NCBI RefSeq assembly: GCF_036971445.1
Contig: NC_091482.1
Span: 66,960,001 to 67,024,000, forward strand
DNA from: Narcine bancroftii
Taxonomy: Eukaryota
Reading direction: 5' to 3'
Length of the DNA stretch: 64,000 bases
Within the stretch, counting starts at the first letter, position 1. The number at the start of each line of letters is the position of its first letter. Below, one piece after another: positions 50,661 to 63,747 of the stretch. The notes beneath the pieces are model-generated. The model saw only the letters and a program-made list of their open reading frames with translations, searched no databases and was not told the DNA's origin. A program made the translations under genes and the position numbers.

Positions 50661-52007
50661 ATTTGCAGTTACTTGTAGATAGCACTATTCTTTCTGCTTC
50701 TGGTTAGATACTAATTGCATTTCATTGGCTTTGTGTCTGTACTTGGCACAATGAAAATAAAATTAAATCTGAAATTGGATAGACAATTGAAAATCCACAT
50801 TTTTCCAGCTCCCCTCTTAACTCTACATTTAAGAACTGCATTACTGGTGATTTAACCCGATAACTACTTATTTGCTGAATCATATCCCTTAGCCATGGCA
50901 AAATTTAATTACTCAAAATAGAAAGACCACAATCCATGCAATGAAGTCTTTGGTGTTTAATTGATTCTGTATGTGTATTTATGGAAGACTTCTGGAAAAA
51001 AAATAGAGGAAAACGATGGGCTGAATGGATTCATCCATCTGCAATTCTATGAATTGTACTTGCAGTTGATTTTTTTATTTTAATTTTTTTAAATTCCAGA
51101 ATTACATAACTTTTATTTCAAGTTTGCATTTGCTTTAGTAAAATATTAGAAAGTTTGGGCCTTCTTCCCCTCCCCGACCCTCATCTAAGGCTGAACCAGG
51201 TTTTACACAGTTAGTGAAACACGAAAGTCTGAAAACATTGTGATTGTAGTAAAAACACACAGAAATGCTGGAGGATCTCAGCCGGTCTTTTCAGCGACCA
51301 TAAAAAGCAAAGATATATTGTCGACATTTTGGGCCTGAGCGCTTCAAGGAATAAGCAGAATGAGCCAGAAGCAGGAAAGCTGAGAAAGTCTCAGAATTCA
51401 GACAGTGCTGGCTGGGGGAGGAATCCAGACCAACAAAAGGTGTTAATTGGATAGGATAAGGGACGAGGTAATCAAGAGTGCAAGTCAGCTCAACACATCA
51501 TGGAAGAGCTTGGGTTATAATGATCTAAGAAAAGGCTATTTAGTCTCTGAAGCCTGTTCCACCCTTTTAATGTTGCCAAGGTTAACTGCATAACTCATTC
51601 TCCTGCCTTTTCTCATTTTTCTCTATTCTTTGATTTATGCTCTGTTTAATTTTGCAGTTTGCTCCATTGGTCCTCTCTGTGTCCAAATATGTTTAAACAA
51701 CAATCCTGAAAGCCCAGCTCTTAATTTTTAAGTTGCCCATTTCGCCTTGGATTCCAAATGGAAATGGGGTTTTGTATTTATTTTTATCTGTTCCCATTAA
51801 TATTTTCTCCTTGTTGGTATAATCTCTTCATGGTAGAATTCTAGTATATTTATGATCTAAGACATTGACCTTTATTTACAGCACAATTGCTCAATCAGGA
51901 ATATGCTTTGACCTATCCAGCTCTCTCCCATATCCTGACACTAATGCTTTGATGAAGGATCTTTTCCTTCCACAATTGTTATCTTTATTTTGGATTTCTA
52001 GCATCCC

Positions 52008-52783
52008 CAGGGGTGTCAAACTCAAATTCACGGAGGGCCAAAATTAAAAACTTGGACTAAGTCGTGGGCCATACTAAATATTTATTGAAAATTTTCAACA
52101 ACATCTGCATGTTTTCTCTTCTTTCAACATGTGTCATATTAAACTTTTTCTTATTAAATGTTTAATAATAGTTTTGGTTAAACTCTTTCCAGAAGAAGCA
52201 TTAACAAATGAGAAATAAAATATTCAATAAATAATATTTCTCTATAGCCTTTAAGCTCCTTTTAAATGTATTTTTTTTCACAAGCCAACAAGTCAAAAAA
52301 ATAACAACTTGCTTCAATGAAAATCCAATCTTTCAACTATGAACAGTCCAAGTTAACCAAAGAAAATATGAATCCAAGCTTAGCTTGTCTCACTGTGATT
52401 TACTCTGATGCACCTGGGTCTAAACCAGACACTTGGCATCTCTTCTTAGATGCAAGTTCATCAAACTCTGGGGTCAGAGTTTGCCTCCCACCTGTCTTGA
52501 AATGTCCTTTTTTCTGTCCTTCATTTGGCCATTTTTCGTAAGGGGCTTATTACATGTGAGTTAGGCGACAGGTCACAGATACTAATGAAAGTAAAGAGAG
52601 GAGGTGGGGGCGATTAGCGGGCTGACGCCAACACATTTGCAAAGCATTCTGGGATTTGTAGTATTAGCTGTGCATGCGCTATACTGGCGCGGCGGCCAAC
52701 GGGCCAGCTCTAATACATATTTGATATGATCTTACAGGCCAAATATAATTATATCACAGCCGCGGGCCTGAGTTTGACATGTG
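52008..52783. mobile_element. hAT-Charlie-like non-autonomous element
   Basis: CAGGGGTGTCAAACTCA ... TGAGTTTGACA inverted termini with GGGCC subterminal motifs; TSD not evident. Confidence 0.65.
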
Positions 52784-52924
52784 GTTTAAGGCTTATAGTG
52801 TATGGAAATCAGTCTCTTCACTAATGAAGTTACAACAGTAGATCAGCTCTGCTTGAAGAAATGTTGATTGATCTTACACATAGACAGGATGTGACAGTGA
52901 TCATGTTGTCTTTGTCTTCACAAG

Positions 52925-53066
52925 ATTTCTTTGCCAAAGAGTGAAGCTGAACATAGCTGGAGAACTTTTCCGCCTCAGTTCAATTTTAAGCACCCGAGGA
53001 AAAACCTTCTTTTTCTTCTTTCTCAGCTCATTTACAACTGAAATTTGTCTTCCTGTTGTCATTCAG
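52925..53066 (+). CDS. CTC1: CTC1 coding exon 5
   Basis: caAG / GTGCGT; phase 2 to 0; LNIAGELFRLSSIL...FFFFLS...PVVIQ resembles human NLAGSLVRLSAL...SIIVQ. Confidence 0.88.
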
Positions 53067-53170
53067 GTGCGTTTTATTTTCTCTTATCTCAACTGTTTTA
53101 ACTGGACTGCTACCCAATAAATATACCCTTTAAAATCTAGTGTAAATTTAATGTTTCACCATTTTAAATA

Positions 53171-53620
53171 CAATGCCCTCCATAATGTTTGGGACAAAAA
53201 CACTTTTTTTCTCTTTATTTGCCCCTGTGCTCCATCATTTTAAATTTGCAATCAAACCATTCACATGGAATTAAAGTGCACATTCCAGATTTTATTAAAA
53301 GTTAATTGTATACTTTTTCGTTTCACCATGTAGAAATTACAACATGATTTATGTATAGTCTCCCCACTTCAGTGCACCATAATGTTTGGGACATTGGCTT
53401 CACAGGTGTTTGTGAGCACTCGGGTAAGTTTAATTTCTTCGAGAGCTTGGCTTGCTTTTAAGCTTTTGGTCACCTTTGGAGTCTGTAGATGAGCACCAGA
53501 GTTGTGCCAATTAAAGTCAAAGAAGATGAAAAACAAGAATAAAACAATAATAGACATCATCCAAACCTGAGGATTACCAAGATCAACTGTTTGGAACTTC
53601 ATTAAGAAGAAAGAGCGTAG
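53171..53620 (+). mobile_element. Tc1-like (IR/DR type) transposon left end
   Basis: TA-CAATGCCCTCCATAATGTTTGGGACA with inner direct repeat CCATAATGTTTGGGACA near 53377; then degenerate transposase start. Confidence 0.75.
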
Positions 53621-53734
53621 ACCCTCCTCTGCACATCAACCACTCGGTGGTGGAAGTAGCAATAGCACTGTGAGTGGCAGAAGCTTCATAATGATGCAAT
53701 TTACTTGTAAAACAAACATCAAGAACTACCAAGT

Positions 53735-55110
53735 GAGGAGGGAGTCACGTGATGGAGTAGTGGCCGGACGGTGAACTCCAGCCCTCTCCAGAAAAGTCGG
53801 GAAAAACAAAGGAAAACACAAAGGCACAGAAATAAAAGTTACAGAAAAGTGAGTATAAAGGTGGAAAGAAGATGGCGACAAAAAAAGAAAAATCGAAAGC
53901 AACGGTAAGAAGAGAGGAAGAGAAGACAAAGGAGGAAAAAGGTGAAGGCCTTACCTGTCCGAAGAGGCCCGCTGCGGAGAGAGAAACCCGCTCCCTCAGG
54001 TCGGTAAATAATGGACTACAAAAATGGCTCGCAGAGCCGAGTAAAAGTGCGCAACCGCGCATGCGCGATACTTCGCGCATGCGCGATGCGAATGAAAAAA
54101 AACACACCGACGGGAGGGGGGACCAGCTGGGGAGTCGACCTCCACAGCCGGCAACGACAGCTGCAGAACACCTGCAGCAAGAAGAGACCACAGAAGACAA
54201 TAGAAACAAGAAAGAAGAGGAGGAAAGGGCACCAAAGAAACAACAGATGGCCAACCCAGAGGAAGAAGAAGAGGAAGAGGAAGAGTACAGGGAAATAGAA
54301 GAAGAAAAGAAAGGCAAGGTAAAGGATATACTTGCTCTTATTAAAGGATACATGGAGTCATTTAAAGAATGGCAAACACAGGAATTTAAGGATTTAAGAA
54401 AAAGAATAAACAACACAGAAGAGAAAATAAATAAAATGGAGATGACCTTAACAGAAATGGGAAAGAAAATGGACAAGATGGAAGAGCGGGCAGTAGCAGC
54501 AGAAATGGAGGTAGAAGACTTAAAAAAGAAATTGGAGAAATCTAATAAAAAAACTAAAGAGACACAAGAACTACTAGCTCAAAAAATAGATACAATGGAA
54601 AACCATAACAGAAGAAATAACATAAAGATAGTGGGCCTTAAGGAAGATGAAGAAGGCAAGAATATGAGGGAGTTTATAAAAGAGTGGATCCCTAAGACCC
54701 TAGGATGTCCAGAACTACAGCAAGAAATGGAAATAGAAAGGGCACATAGAGTATTGGCCTCTAAACCACAACCACAACAAAAACCAAGATCTATTGTAGT
54801 AAAATTCCTAAGATATACTACAAGAGAAAAGGTACTGGAGAAGACAATGGAAAAAGTAAGAGAGGGCAACAAACCACTGGAGTATAAAGGGCAAAAAATC
54901 TTCATTTATCCAGATATAAGTTTTGAACTCCTAAAGAAGAGAAAAGAGTTCAATACAGCAAAGGCGATTTTATGGAAGAAAGGGTATAAATTTATACTAA
55001 AGCATCCAGCGGTATTAAAAATATTCATTCCAGGACAACAAAACAGACTATTCTCGGATCCAGAAGAAGCACGAAAATTTGCAGAACAATGACAAAAATA
55101 GACTGAGGGA
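53735..55110 (+). mobile_element. L1-clade LINE 5' UTR plus ORF1, 3'-truncated
   Basis: GC-rich 5' UTR followed by an open ORF1; abrupt junction to an inverted different LINE near 55110. Confidence 0.85.
53872..55092 (+). CDS. L1-type ORF1p (coiled coil, RRM, CTD; Transposase_22-like)
   Basis: 406-aa open frame with ENHNRRNNIKIVGLKE, EIERAHR, PRSIVVKF and IFIYPDIS motifs; true start may be a downstream ATG. Confidence 0.85.
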   Translation: MATKKEKSKATVRREEEKTKEEKGEGLTCPKRPAAERETRSLRSVNNGLQKWLAEPSKSAQPRMRDTSRMRDANEKKHTDGRGDQLGSRPPQPATTAAEHLQQEETTEDNRNKKEEEERAPKKQQMANPEEEEEEEEEYREIEEEKKGKVKDILALIKGYMESFKEWQTQEFKDLRKRINNTEEKINKMEMTLTEMGKKMDKMEERAVAAEMEVEDLKKKLEKSNKKTKETQELLAQKIDTMENHNRRNNIKIVGLKEDEEGKNMREFIKEWIPKTLGCPELQQEMEIERAHRVLASKPQPQQKPRSIVVKFLRYTTREKVLEKTMEKVREGNKPLEYKGQKIFIYPDISFELLKKRKEFNTAKAILWKKGYKFILKHPAVLKIFIPGQQNRLFSDPEEARKFAEQ

Positions 55111-55445
55111 GGTCCACCGATTCAAAGCAGTTCTGCAGATGCTTCTCTGCCTCCTTCGACCATACTTTTGCTGTCTTCACCACTGGTACTGTGATCTTCA
55201 GTCTCTGCTTGTACACTGGGAGAAGTACAGCCAGGTGATCAGACTTGCCAAAGTGCGGTCGTGATATAGCTTGGTAGGGGTTTTTCATGGTGATTTAGCA
55301 GTGGTCGAGTGTGTTGGTTCCCCTGGTTTTGCATGTGACGTGTTGGTGGTAATTATCAGAGAGTTCTTCAGGTTGGCCTGATTGAAGTCCCCCACAATGA
55401 TCGGGAAGGCATCAGGATGTGCTGCCTCGTGGCTGTTTATTACAG
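55110..55445 (-). mobile_element. Rex1/Babar-like LINE endonuclease fragment
   Basis: PDAFPIIVGDFNQANLK and PHFGKSDHLAVLL APE motifs. Confidence 0.8.
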
Positions 55446-56609
55446 TGAGATTATGGGATGGATTAAACATTGGTTGACAGACTGGGAAACAGGAAGAAGG
55501 AATCGGTTTCTTTCAGATGGAAACTAAGGTACCAGAGAGATCCGTGATTGGGCTTCAGCCCTTCAAAATATGTTTTACTAGTTTGGATGAGGGAATAAAG
55601 TGCAAGATTTTAATTTTTTGCTGATGGGATTGTTGAAATTGCATTGGATTCAGAATGGCTTGACATGGACTAATTGAGTGAATGGGCAGAAAAAAGAGCA
55701 GAGAGCGATTAACGAATAAATGTGGTTTCGCCACTTTTGAGGGAATACAGAGTGTATTGTTTAAATGGGAATGTGCAATAGATTTGGGGTCATCCAGTCA
55801 TTGAAGCCAATTAATGGATGTACAGTTACCACTTAAGAAGGCAAATAGTTTGTTGCCCTTCCTAGTGGATTTGGGTGCAAGAACAAGGATGTTTGCTACA
55901 AGTATACAGAAATATTAACGATGGAAGTAACGTACTTGTGCTGGTGTGAAATTCTCAACGAGGGCATTTCATTGTGAATAAATGAGTAAAAGCCCTTGAA
56001 ATGCATGGTGTTAAAATTGCTTTCCTTAATTTAACTTCGCCTGATTGTAATTTGGACAATCAAACAATGTGCGTCTTCACAGCAAATGATTGCACATTTG
56101 TGATATGAACCCAGCAGCGAGCAATTGTTAAAGAATATCTTCTGTGAAACCAAGTAATTACAATCTCCTTTTGAGAATTCTTTGATTTTTGATAAATGAT
56201 GAATTTTATGACATGTTTATTATAGCAATAAATTCTGATTCTGATATTTTGTATTCTGTTAAACTGATCCCTGACTTCAGTAGAGTAACTGATTTTGTTG
56301 TCTGTTCCTTAGCATTGATTTTGTCTGATAACACTACCTTGTGTTAGTTTTATTTCCATATTTTACAGCCATAAATTTTCAAATAAAAAACCATGATAGC
56401 TAGATTCATTGGAAAGTGAATATCCAGCGTATTTATTCTCATGTTTAACACCTTTGAAAATAAAGTGATTGTTCTTTGTTTTGTCAAATTAATTGGTTGT
56501 GGTTTTGATGTGCAAAGATGGCAACTTTGCCTCATAGGTTGTAAATTTTAACTGAATTCGAAATGAATGTTTTCAACCTGAATTTTCCGATTTTTTTTTT
56601 TTCTCTTAG

Positions 56610-56927
56610 GTTCCTGCCAAGCTAATGTGGCATCATTGCCTCGAGGTTTCAAAGCAGTACGTTGTAACAAAGGTATTTGTTTCCAGGCTCCAGGGCACCA
56701 ATTATAAGATGTTTGTAGTGTCATCATCTTCAAACTTCTATGTTTATAATGAGGGACTTGTGAAAGAACAAACACTGGAAGAATTTATCCAAGCTTCAAA
56801 TTCAAAGTTGATGCCAAAAGCTTCCAATGAATCATTTCAGATTAGACAATTGATGGATTGGTCAACACAAAGTACCATAGAACAAAGAATTGTTCAGAGC
56901 AAAGAATCGAAAATAATTTCATACCGT
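56610..56927 (+). CDS. CTC1: CTC1 coding exon 6
   Basis: cttAG / GTGAGT; 318 bp; VPAKLMWHHCL...YVVT...SKIISYR resembles human VPAQLVWHRAL...SRLLSYS. Confidence 0.92.
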
Positions 56928-57544
56928 GTGAGTATTCTGAGTGGTGACAATGTTTAATTACACAGAGACTTGAAGATAAGTGTCCGGGTCATTTTGAAAT
57001 TGCCTTCCTCATGATCTCTTGCACGAAGCAACTTAACTTTCAAAAAGGAGCCTCTGTTCTGAGTTTGAAGGGAGGGTTGGGGAATCTATCTTCTCCAGTG
57101 ATTTCTGACATGATATCGTGACAAAATTACACCATGAATACATGACATTTCAATGTCACCTGGACTGTGTTCCTTAACGTTCTCCAGTCACTGGGTAAGA
57201 ATTTAAAGTTGGATTGAGTGAGGACAATGCTTCAGGAAAAAATTGGCTCGATTTTTCTGTGTCTGTCCCTTTTTGTCTACTGATTGTGGCTTGTAGTCCA
57301 AAGGTCTTTCATTATCGTGAGAGGTTTGATGGAATGCTGGCAGGTTATTCAACCATTGGATAATGGGGCCATTGGTAATATGGTCTGGAGTTCTTATGAG
57401 GTCATTTTATAACAGATTACTGGATAGACCTCTGAAGAGAATCAAAACAAATTTCCTTCCTAATTTAAGATGTGCTTATCCAAGATTCCCATTTCTGACT
57501 CTGCCAATTCACGATAAGACACTGGACAAAAGTTCAGAGCAGTA

Positions 57545-58191
57545 CAGTAAAACCCCTGGTATCTGGAATTCAAGTAACTGGCAGCCTCGAGCAACCGATC
57601 GAAAAATTGAGGAATATAAATTAAAAATAAAATATATATAAATAAAATAGTTTAAATTGTAAAAGTAAATGTTCTCTGAAGTAACACATAAACCTTTGGA
57701 TGGGAGCAAATATTCAGCCAGTGGTCGGGCTTTGCTCTTGGTAGCTGTTTGAATAAAGTTGTGTGGAACAGTAATGGCGTCGCCCAGGATGAAGAGATGG
57801 TTGATGCTGCTTGGCATAGGATTTACTCTTTAACCCTGGTTAGTAAGAGTTGCCCTGATCGGAAGCTTTATCTGTAAACTTGGGGGAGGGGAAGTTAATT
57901 ATCTATAATATTATTTGTCTTTCAGGCAACTCTGTGGAAGGGGAGGAACCTGCAATTTTAAATGTTTTCAAAGAATGGGACTGAAATAAAATAAAATGCT
58001 TTAAGGTTTATTTATTCATGCAAGTGAAGTTTCTTCAGTGCAAGTACAGTATTTTTGTCTTTTAAACTGTTTATTCTTAATGCAAGTATATTAGTTAGGC
58101 ATTGTTAGGGTAAGTCTCAAGTAATTGGAAAATACACTTATTCGGCATCTACCAATTCCCCAGAGGTGCCGGATACTGGGGTTTTTTACTG
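57545..58191. mobile_element. Tigger-like non-autonomous element (long form)
   Basis: TA-CAGTAAAACCCCTGGTATCTGG ... CCGGATACTGGGGTTTTTTACTG-TA. Confidence 0.8.
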
Positions 58192-58647
58192 TACTATATG
58201 AATGAACTGTATAAATCTAATGTCACAGATGGTTGTGGTAAGTTCCATTAAACAATCTTCAATCAACAGGGTACAAATGGAAGGAAAATAATTGATGAGA
58301 GAATTTTTGTTAGCGTGGCAAGATATCATGGTATTCTGTCTTTTCTACAAAGTGCAGAAGGTGGTTGGCTAATGGCCTCCCATTGTTCCTTTGATGCTCT
58401 TGTGAAATTGGTTACCAAGGGAAACATGGTGGCAGAGAGTGGCTGCTTGCCAGAATAATCCATCCCTTCCTCTGAGGAAGTGTCTGACTCTACCTGATCC
58501 TGCTTTGTAATGAATTCATGAGCTTTCGCTGATATAAGTTGCAGCTGTAAACTGGGGAAGTCTCCCTTTAGGATGACTCAAACTGGATTGTCAAATCTCT
58601 GCATATTGTTGGTGACTCCTTGACAATTAAACTATTTTTAATTTCAG

Positions 58648-58776
58648 GGTGTGATCAGTAAAGTAATAAATTCTAGAGCAAGTCTTTATGAACTGGATGG
58701 CAAAGTTGGTCTTTGTTTGGCCTACCAGCCGTTAGTGAATTGTGGGCGTGGTTTGCGTCCTGGAGCACAAGTGGAG
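58648..58776 (+). CDS. CTC1: CTC1 coding exon 7
   Basis: ttcAG / GTAAAA; GVISKVINSRASLYELDGKVGLCLAYQP...LRPGAQVE resembles human GLYELDGQLGLCLAYQ. Confidence 0.95.
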
Positions 58777-59803
58777 GTAAAAATGTTTTTTTTCTCTTTC
58801 ACTTTTTATTTTCTTTGTTTTGTATTTACTCTATCCTGTTTCAAGTGGAGAGATTATTGGATTAAAGAAAGTTTAATTGTCTCTGCTCTGGTGGGTGGGT
58901 GGCCGGGAAATCTGAGCTCTGTAGGGTGACGGGGGCGAGGGTCTGCTGTCAGAATGTCGGGAGCTTAGTGGCCAATTGAGATCTCAGATAGCGGGTGGTC
59001 AGGGCCAAAAATGGGGGTGGAGGGGGCTCAACTTTTACTCTATTGACGATTACACAAGCATATATGGTATACTTTTTTGCAAAATTGCTTTGACAAGTTG
59101 TTAACTTATAAATTAATTTTTTTTTCTCTGAAAAAGCCTTGTTCATTTTTCTCCAGGGATACATTTTGCATTGCGAGTTGGTCAGCTGGCTTGATTTAGC
59201 AAGCATCTTTTTTCCTCTGAGGATTGAAAAATGCCTCCTCTTGTGGCCTAGCCAAGAACCTATAAAATCCATTTTCTGAAAAGTCAGAAATGATTGGGGG
59301 GGTGGGGGGCTAAGATTTGAAACTTGCTGCAGAGGAAATGGTATTTCTCCAATTTTACTTGTCAGGTGTTGGAATTAAATAAATGTAGTAACACCTGTGT
59401 AATAAATAATAATTTCTTTACATTATTGGCACCATATAACACCAATAATCTTATTTCTATCTCTCCATTAACTTTCATTAGTTTTTTTTTGTAAAGTGCA
59501 ATCAGGTATGGAATATTGGTACCACATTCACTTCAAATGTGAAATAACCAATCTGGTACATTTTTTGTTCTGAATATGGACATTGTTTGATATTCTAAAG
59601 TGTTTGATATAATAGCTTGACAAAGTGCTGCAGTGTGATATTACTGTGCAATTACAAGAAATGAAAGAATATTAAAAAACATTTAAGACATGATGGCATA
59701 AGTTTGAACTTGATCCTACATACACTGGACACTGAGGTCTTTTAAACTCTCTTCATTAATTGTTCAGAAAGTGTGTACCTGTTACATGTTTTTCTTTTTG
59801 CAG

Positions 59804-60030
59804 ATCTTTGATGCCCATGTACATATGAAGATAGCTGACCATCTCCCACAAATCATGCTCTGCTGCTGTCTGAGGAGCTCTCTGCAAATAACGGGATTTT
59901 CTCGGCTGAGCACAGAATATCATCCTTTCTCTCCCATTTGCAACATCTATATCAGCCTGCTGTTCAAGTATAACCTAGATCTGCCCAGTTATTTGTGGCT
60001 AATTTATGTTATAGACACACTCCTAGAAAG
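59804..60030 (+). CDS. CTC1: CTC1 coding exon 8
   Basis: tgcAG / GTACTA; IFDAHVH...LCCCLRSSLQITGFSR...LPSYLWL. Confidence 0.92.
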
Positions 60031-60149
60031 GTACTATTGAATTGAATAAATAAGTGTTTTGATAAATTGTTCAAATTTGTTTGAATCTGCAGTTTATTAA
60101 GTTTCCAATGTAAGGATTAACTTCCTATAATTTTATGGCTTAATTTTAA

Positions 60150-60727
60150 CTCCTTCCGACTGTAATTGTGACTGAAGGATTGGTCATATCTCAGAATGGA
60201 TGTATCAGAATTTTGCCCATGCGGGTGGAGTATTGAAGTCATAAAGCAAACTTTTTAAATTAAATGTTGTATTTGACAAACTATAACAGGGATACAGGGC
60301 ACGTAGGAGCCAAATATGCGTACTTTGTTAGTCGACGTCCTGGGATCCATTGGCTGGGACCGGCCATTTTGATTCCTGAGCGCATGCACAAGAGTTAAGC
60401 ACCCTGATGATCTTGAATTGGCGCCTAAACTCTTGCTCATGCACCAACCAAAGACTCCTGCATGAGCACATGAATCAAGATGGCTCTTCATACTTGCAGA
60501 ACCTTTTACAGTCTCACGTATTTTCTCTTTGTGCTTAAAAATTGTTGAAGTGGTGGAATGAGACATTCGATTGGCAAGGGATAGGTTTTTTCTGTTGCTT
60601 ACCATCTTTCTAGTGCATATCCAGAACGGAAACTGCAATGCCGGGCACTATATTGCGCATACACATTTTTTAAAAGGTTGTATGTCCAGATGGATGTAAG
60701 TTGGGTAGGTCGTAAGTTGAGTACCTG
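60150..60727 (-). mobile_element. Tigger/pogo-like element with transposase N-terminal remnant
   Basis: Ends GTAAGTTGAGTACCTG-TA; minus-strand MSHSTTSTIFKHKEKIRETVKGSASMK resembles the pogo/CENP-B HTH. Confidence 0.75.
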
Positions 60728-61319
60728 TATTTTTAAAACCCTGACTGTTGAATTTGCTTTGTGAAGATCAAGGTGGAAAATTGCAGTGGATGTATTAACT
60801 ATAATGTTTGGACGATGTTTGAGGTTTTTTAAACATTTTCAAAACTCTAAAATGCTAGGCATTTATTGAAGCTATGCATCTTACAGTTTTTATATTCTTT
60901 TGACAGTTTTGTCTTTCCTAATCACACTTATTTCTTGTGAATAAAGGACAAAGTTCTCCCAGTGTTCTTTCTCCCTATCTATTCCATTCAAAAAGATGAG
61001 TTCAAAGCACATCCCCAGCTCAAACTTTGCCTTGCCCTGTCAGAAAAAAAATCCCTTTATTCCCTATTGATTCTGCAACTTAATACTTATTTCCTCTCCA
61101 TTTCTGATTGAGTCCTCAATCTGAAATGATCACTCTATTTCTCTTTCCACAGATGTGGCCTGGCATGGCGAGTGTTTCTAGTAATTTGTGTTTCAATTTT
61201 TAGTTCTGATTGCATATCTTGGTGTACCTCCAGTACCCAAATGCATTCTCATTCCTCTTCTGGACTTGTGAATAAATTCAAGTGGGTGCATGGTTGTTCA
61301 TAATCAAGTTTTATTAAGG

Positions 61320-62640
61320 TTTAGTTTATTTATATAGCACATTTAAAACCACTCACATTGACCAAAGTGCTGGTAGCTATATAAAGTGCATTATAAAACA
61401 AGTACCCAAGGTTCATACAATACGGTAACAATCACCTCAAAACGCTTGTGAGTAAAACTACAACTTCAACCTGGATTTGATGGAGGGAGAATGTTGTTTC
61501 ACGGTTTTGGGGCTGTAATAGGAAAGATGCGATCTCCCCTGAGTTTGCAATTTGAGCGTGGAACAACCATGAGCACTAAATTGGCTGATCTGAGGGGTTT
61601 TTAAAGTGGAGTAGGGCGTTAGGAGATCGGTGATGTAGGAGGGGGCTAGTCCATTAAGGGCTTTGTGAACAAACTGGGAGAACTTTAAAATCTATTTTGA
61701 GCCATACTGACAGCCATTGGAGGGAGGCCAGGATAGGGGGATATGGTCCCTCTTCTTGGCTTCAGTGAGGAGCCTGGATGAAGCATTCTTCACCAGTTGC
61801 AGATGGGATAATGACGACTAATTCCCGTGTATAGAGTCAGAGTTGTCTAAACAGAAGAAAATTAGGGCGTGTTAATTTTCTCAATCAGTGGCAGGAATTA
61901 TTTAATTTTGGCAATAGTGTGGAGCTGGAAAAAGCTAGCTTTGACTTGTTTGTCAAACTTGAAGGTGGAATCAAATATCACACCAAGGGATTTGATGTGC
62001 AGTTTAGTAAGGGTGGATAAGTTACCAAGGGTATTGGAGATCATTTTGGTGGAGTTGGGGGGCCCCAAATATAATGATCTCAGACTTGCCTTCGTTTAGC
62101 TGCAGGAAGTTTTGAGCCATCCAGCACTTTGTCCTCCAAACACTTAATGAGGTTGGTTATCTTTGTTTGGTCGTTGGGCTTCAGGGGAAGATAGAGTTGA
62201 GCATAGCAGTGGAAGGCGATGCCGTGTTTTTGGATGATATGGCTGAGGGGAAGGAGAAGAGAATGGGGCCCTTTCCTGTGCAACTTCGCAGGAAAGGGTA
62301 GCAGAGGATGACGAAAATTTGGTCATGTTGACTGAGAAAGTCCTATCACTAAGATAAGATTTAAGCCAGTTCAGAGCCGTGCCATCGACATTGACTCTCT
62401 GTGGAAGGTGATCCACAGTATTGAACGCTGGGCTAAAGTCCAGGAGAATTAGAATGACGGAGCTCCCTGAATCAGTGGCGAGGAGCAGGTCATTGTATAC
62501 TCTTAGTAAGGCCGACTCTGCTCCTTATAACCTGACTGGAACCTTTCGGATATGTTGTTTTGATGTAGGTTGGTCAACAATTGGCGAAGAACAACTTTTT
62601 CAAGGACCTTTGACAGAAATGGAAGTTTAGAAGCAGGTCT
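61320..62640 (-). mobile_element. L2-clade LINE degenerate RT and 3' end
   Basis: GTALNWLKSYLSDRTFSV and HGIAFHCYA..QLYLPLKP fragments; tail AAATGTGCTATATAAATAAAC on the minus strand. Confidence 0.8.
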
Positions 62641-62916
62641 GTAATTTTTGTGTGTGGAGGGGTCTAAATTTTTTCAGGAGGGGCTGAATGGTGTTTCTCT
62701 CCATTTCTTGTTTTGCAAATATTCTTGTTTTTCACAAGGATTACTTGTGTGTATAAACCGGAACACTCTCGTTGTTATCTGTAACTTTAGACATTTCTAT
62801 ACCATTTTCCATTGTGGGGGAGAAAAAGTTGTAAAGGGCCAATTTGAGAATAAATCTGTAACTAACCACTTTTGATTTGTACAAGTCACTTTAATCTTAT
62901 TTGTTCTATACTGTAG

Positions 62917-63091
62917 GTTTTGCCCTTGCTTTATCTCACAGCGGCAAATGCTAATGTGTGTAAGTGATGTTGGAGTCATTGGGTCAATATTTAGTTCTAT
63001 TCTGAACTACACTAAGTGGAATTCACCCAAAGCAGCGAGGGATGTATACCGAGAGATACTGGCTGAGTCACATCACTGTCCTGCTAAAGAG
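62917..63091 (+). CDS. CTC1: CTC1 coding exon 9
   Basis: tgtAG / GTATTT; FCPCFIS...RDVYREILAESHHCP resembles human LCP...EILEEPHHCP. Confidence 0.92.
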
Positions 63092-63546
63092 GTATTTCTC
63101 TGCTTTGTTTTGCCAGATTGCTCCATGCTTCTGTGTTTTATGTAATGACATAATTGATACAATGATTGCAGTGTTTCTGAACATTCCCCTTTTCCATCAA
63201 CTATACCTCAAACTTATCAATCCAATCCTGCATTTTTTTTCTCCACAAGCCATTTAGTGAGGGGACTCTTTAACACCTTGCTCCTTTAGTTCCTCTTCAC
63301 CTGAACCATTGGTTACCCCTTTATGGATGCTGCATGACGTGCTGAGTTTCTCCCAACACCTTTGTGTATTGCAGTGTCTGTGACATTCTCAATTCCTGTG
63401 TCTGATTTTGTGGAATGACAGGGCAGGCTCAAGGGTACAGAAAGGCTGAGGTGTGTTTGGTGTGCCGACAGGACTCTCTTGCCCATGTGTTGGCTTTCCT
63501 TTTGTGATTTGCTCAACCAGTTACTGATAATTTCATTTCTCATCAG

Positions 63547-63747
63547 ATCACACAGCTGAATGTTCCATGCCAGATTCCATCTCTGGCGCAAATTTTATCA
63601 ATGGCTGAAAAACGAGCTTGGGAATCTCTCAATTTATCCTCCTTGTTGCCAGAAAATGAGATAAAACACTGGGTAGCTTCTAAGCTTAATAGTAAGCTCG
63701 CTTGGTCGTTTGAAGTTTTAAAGCCTGAAGATTTCCAACCCCAGATG
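63547..63747 (+). CDS. CTC1: CTC1 coding exon 10 (gene continues beyond the window)
   Basis: atcAG / GTATAT; 201 bp, phase 0; PCQIPSL...RAWESL...LLPENE...LNSKLAWS. Confidence 0.9.

Noticed and set aside
53745-54476. 243-aa minus-strand ORF
   Set aside because: Antisense shadow of the purine-rich L1 ORF1
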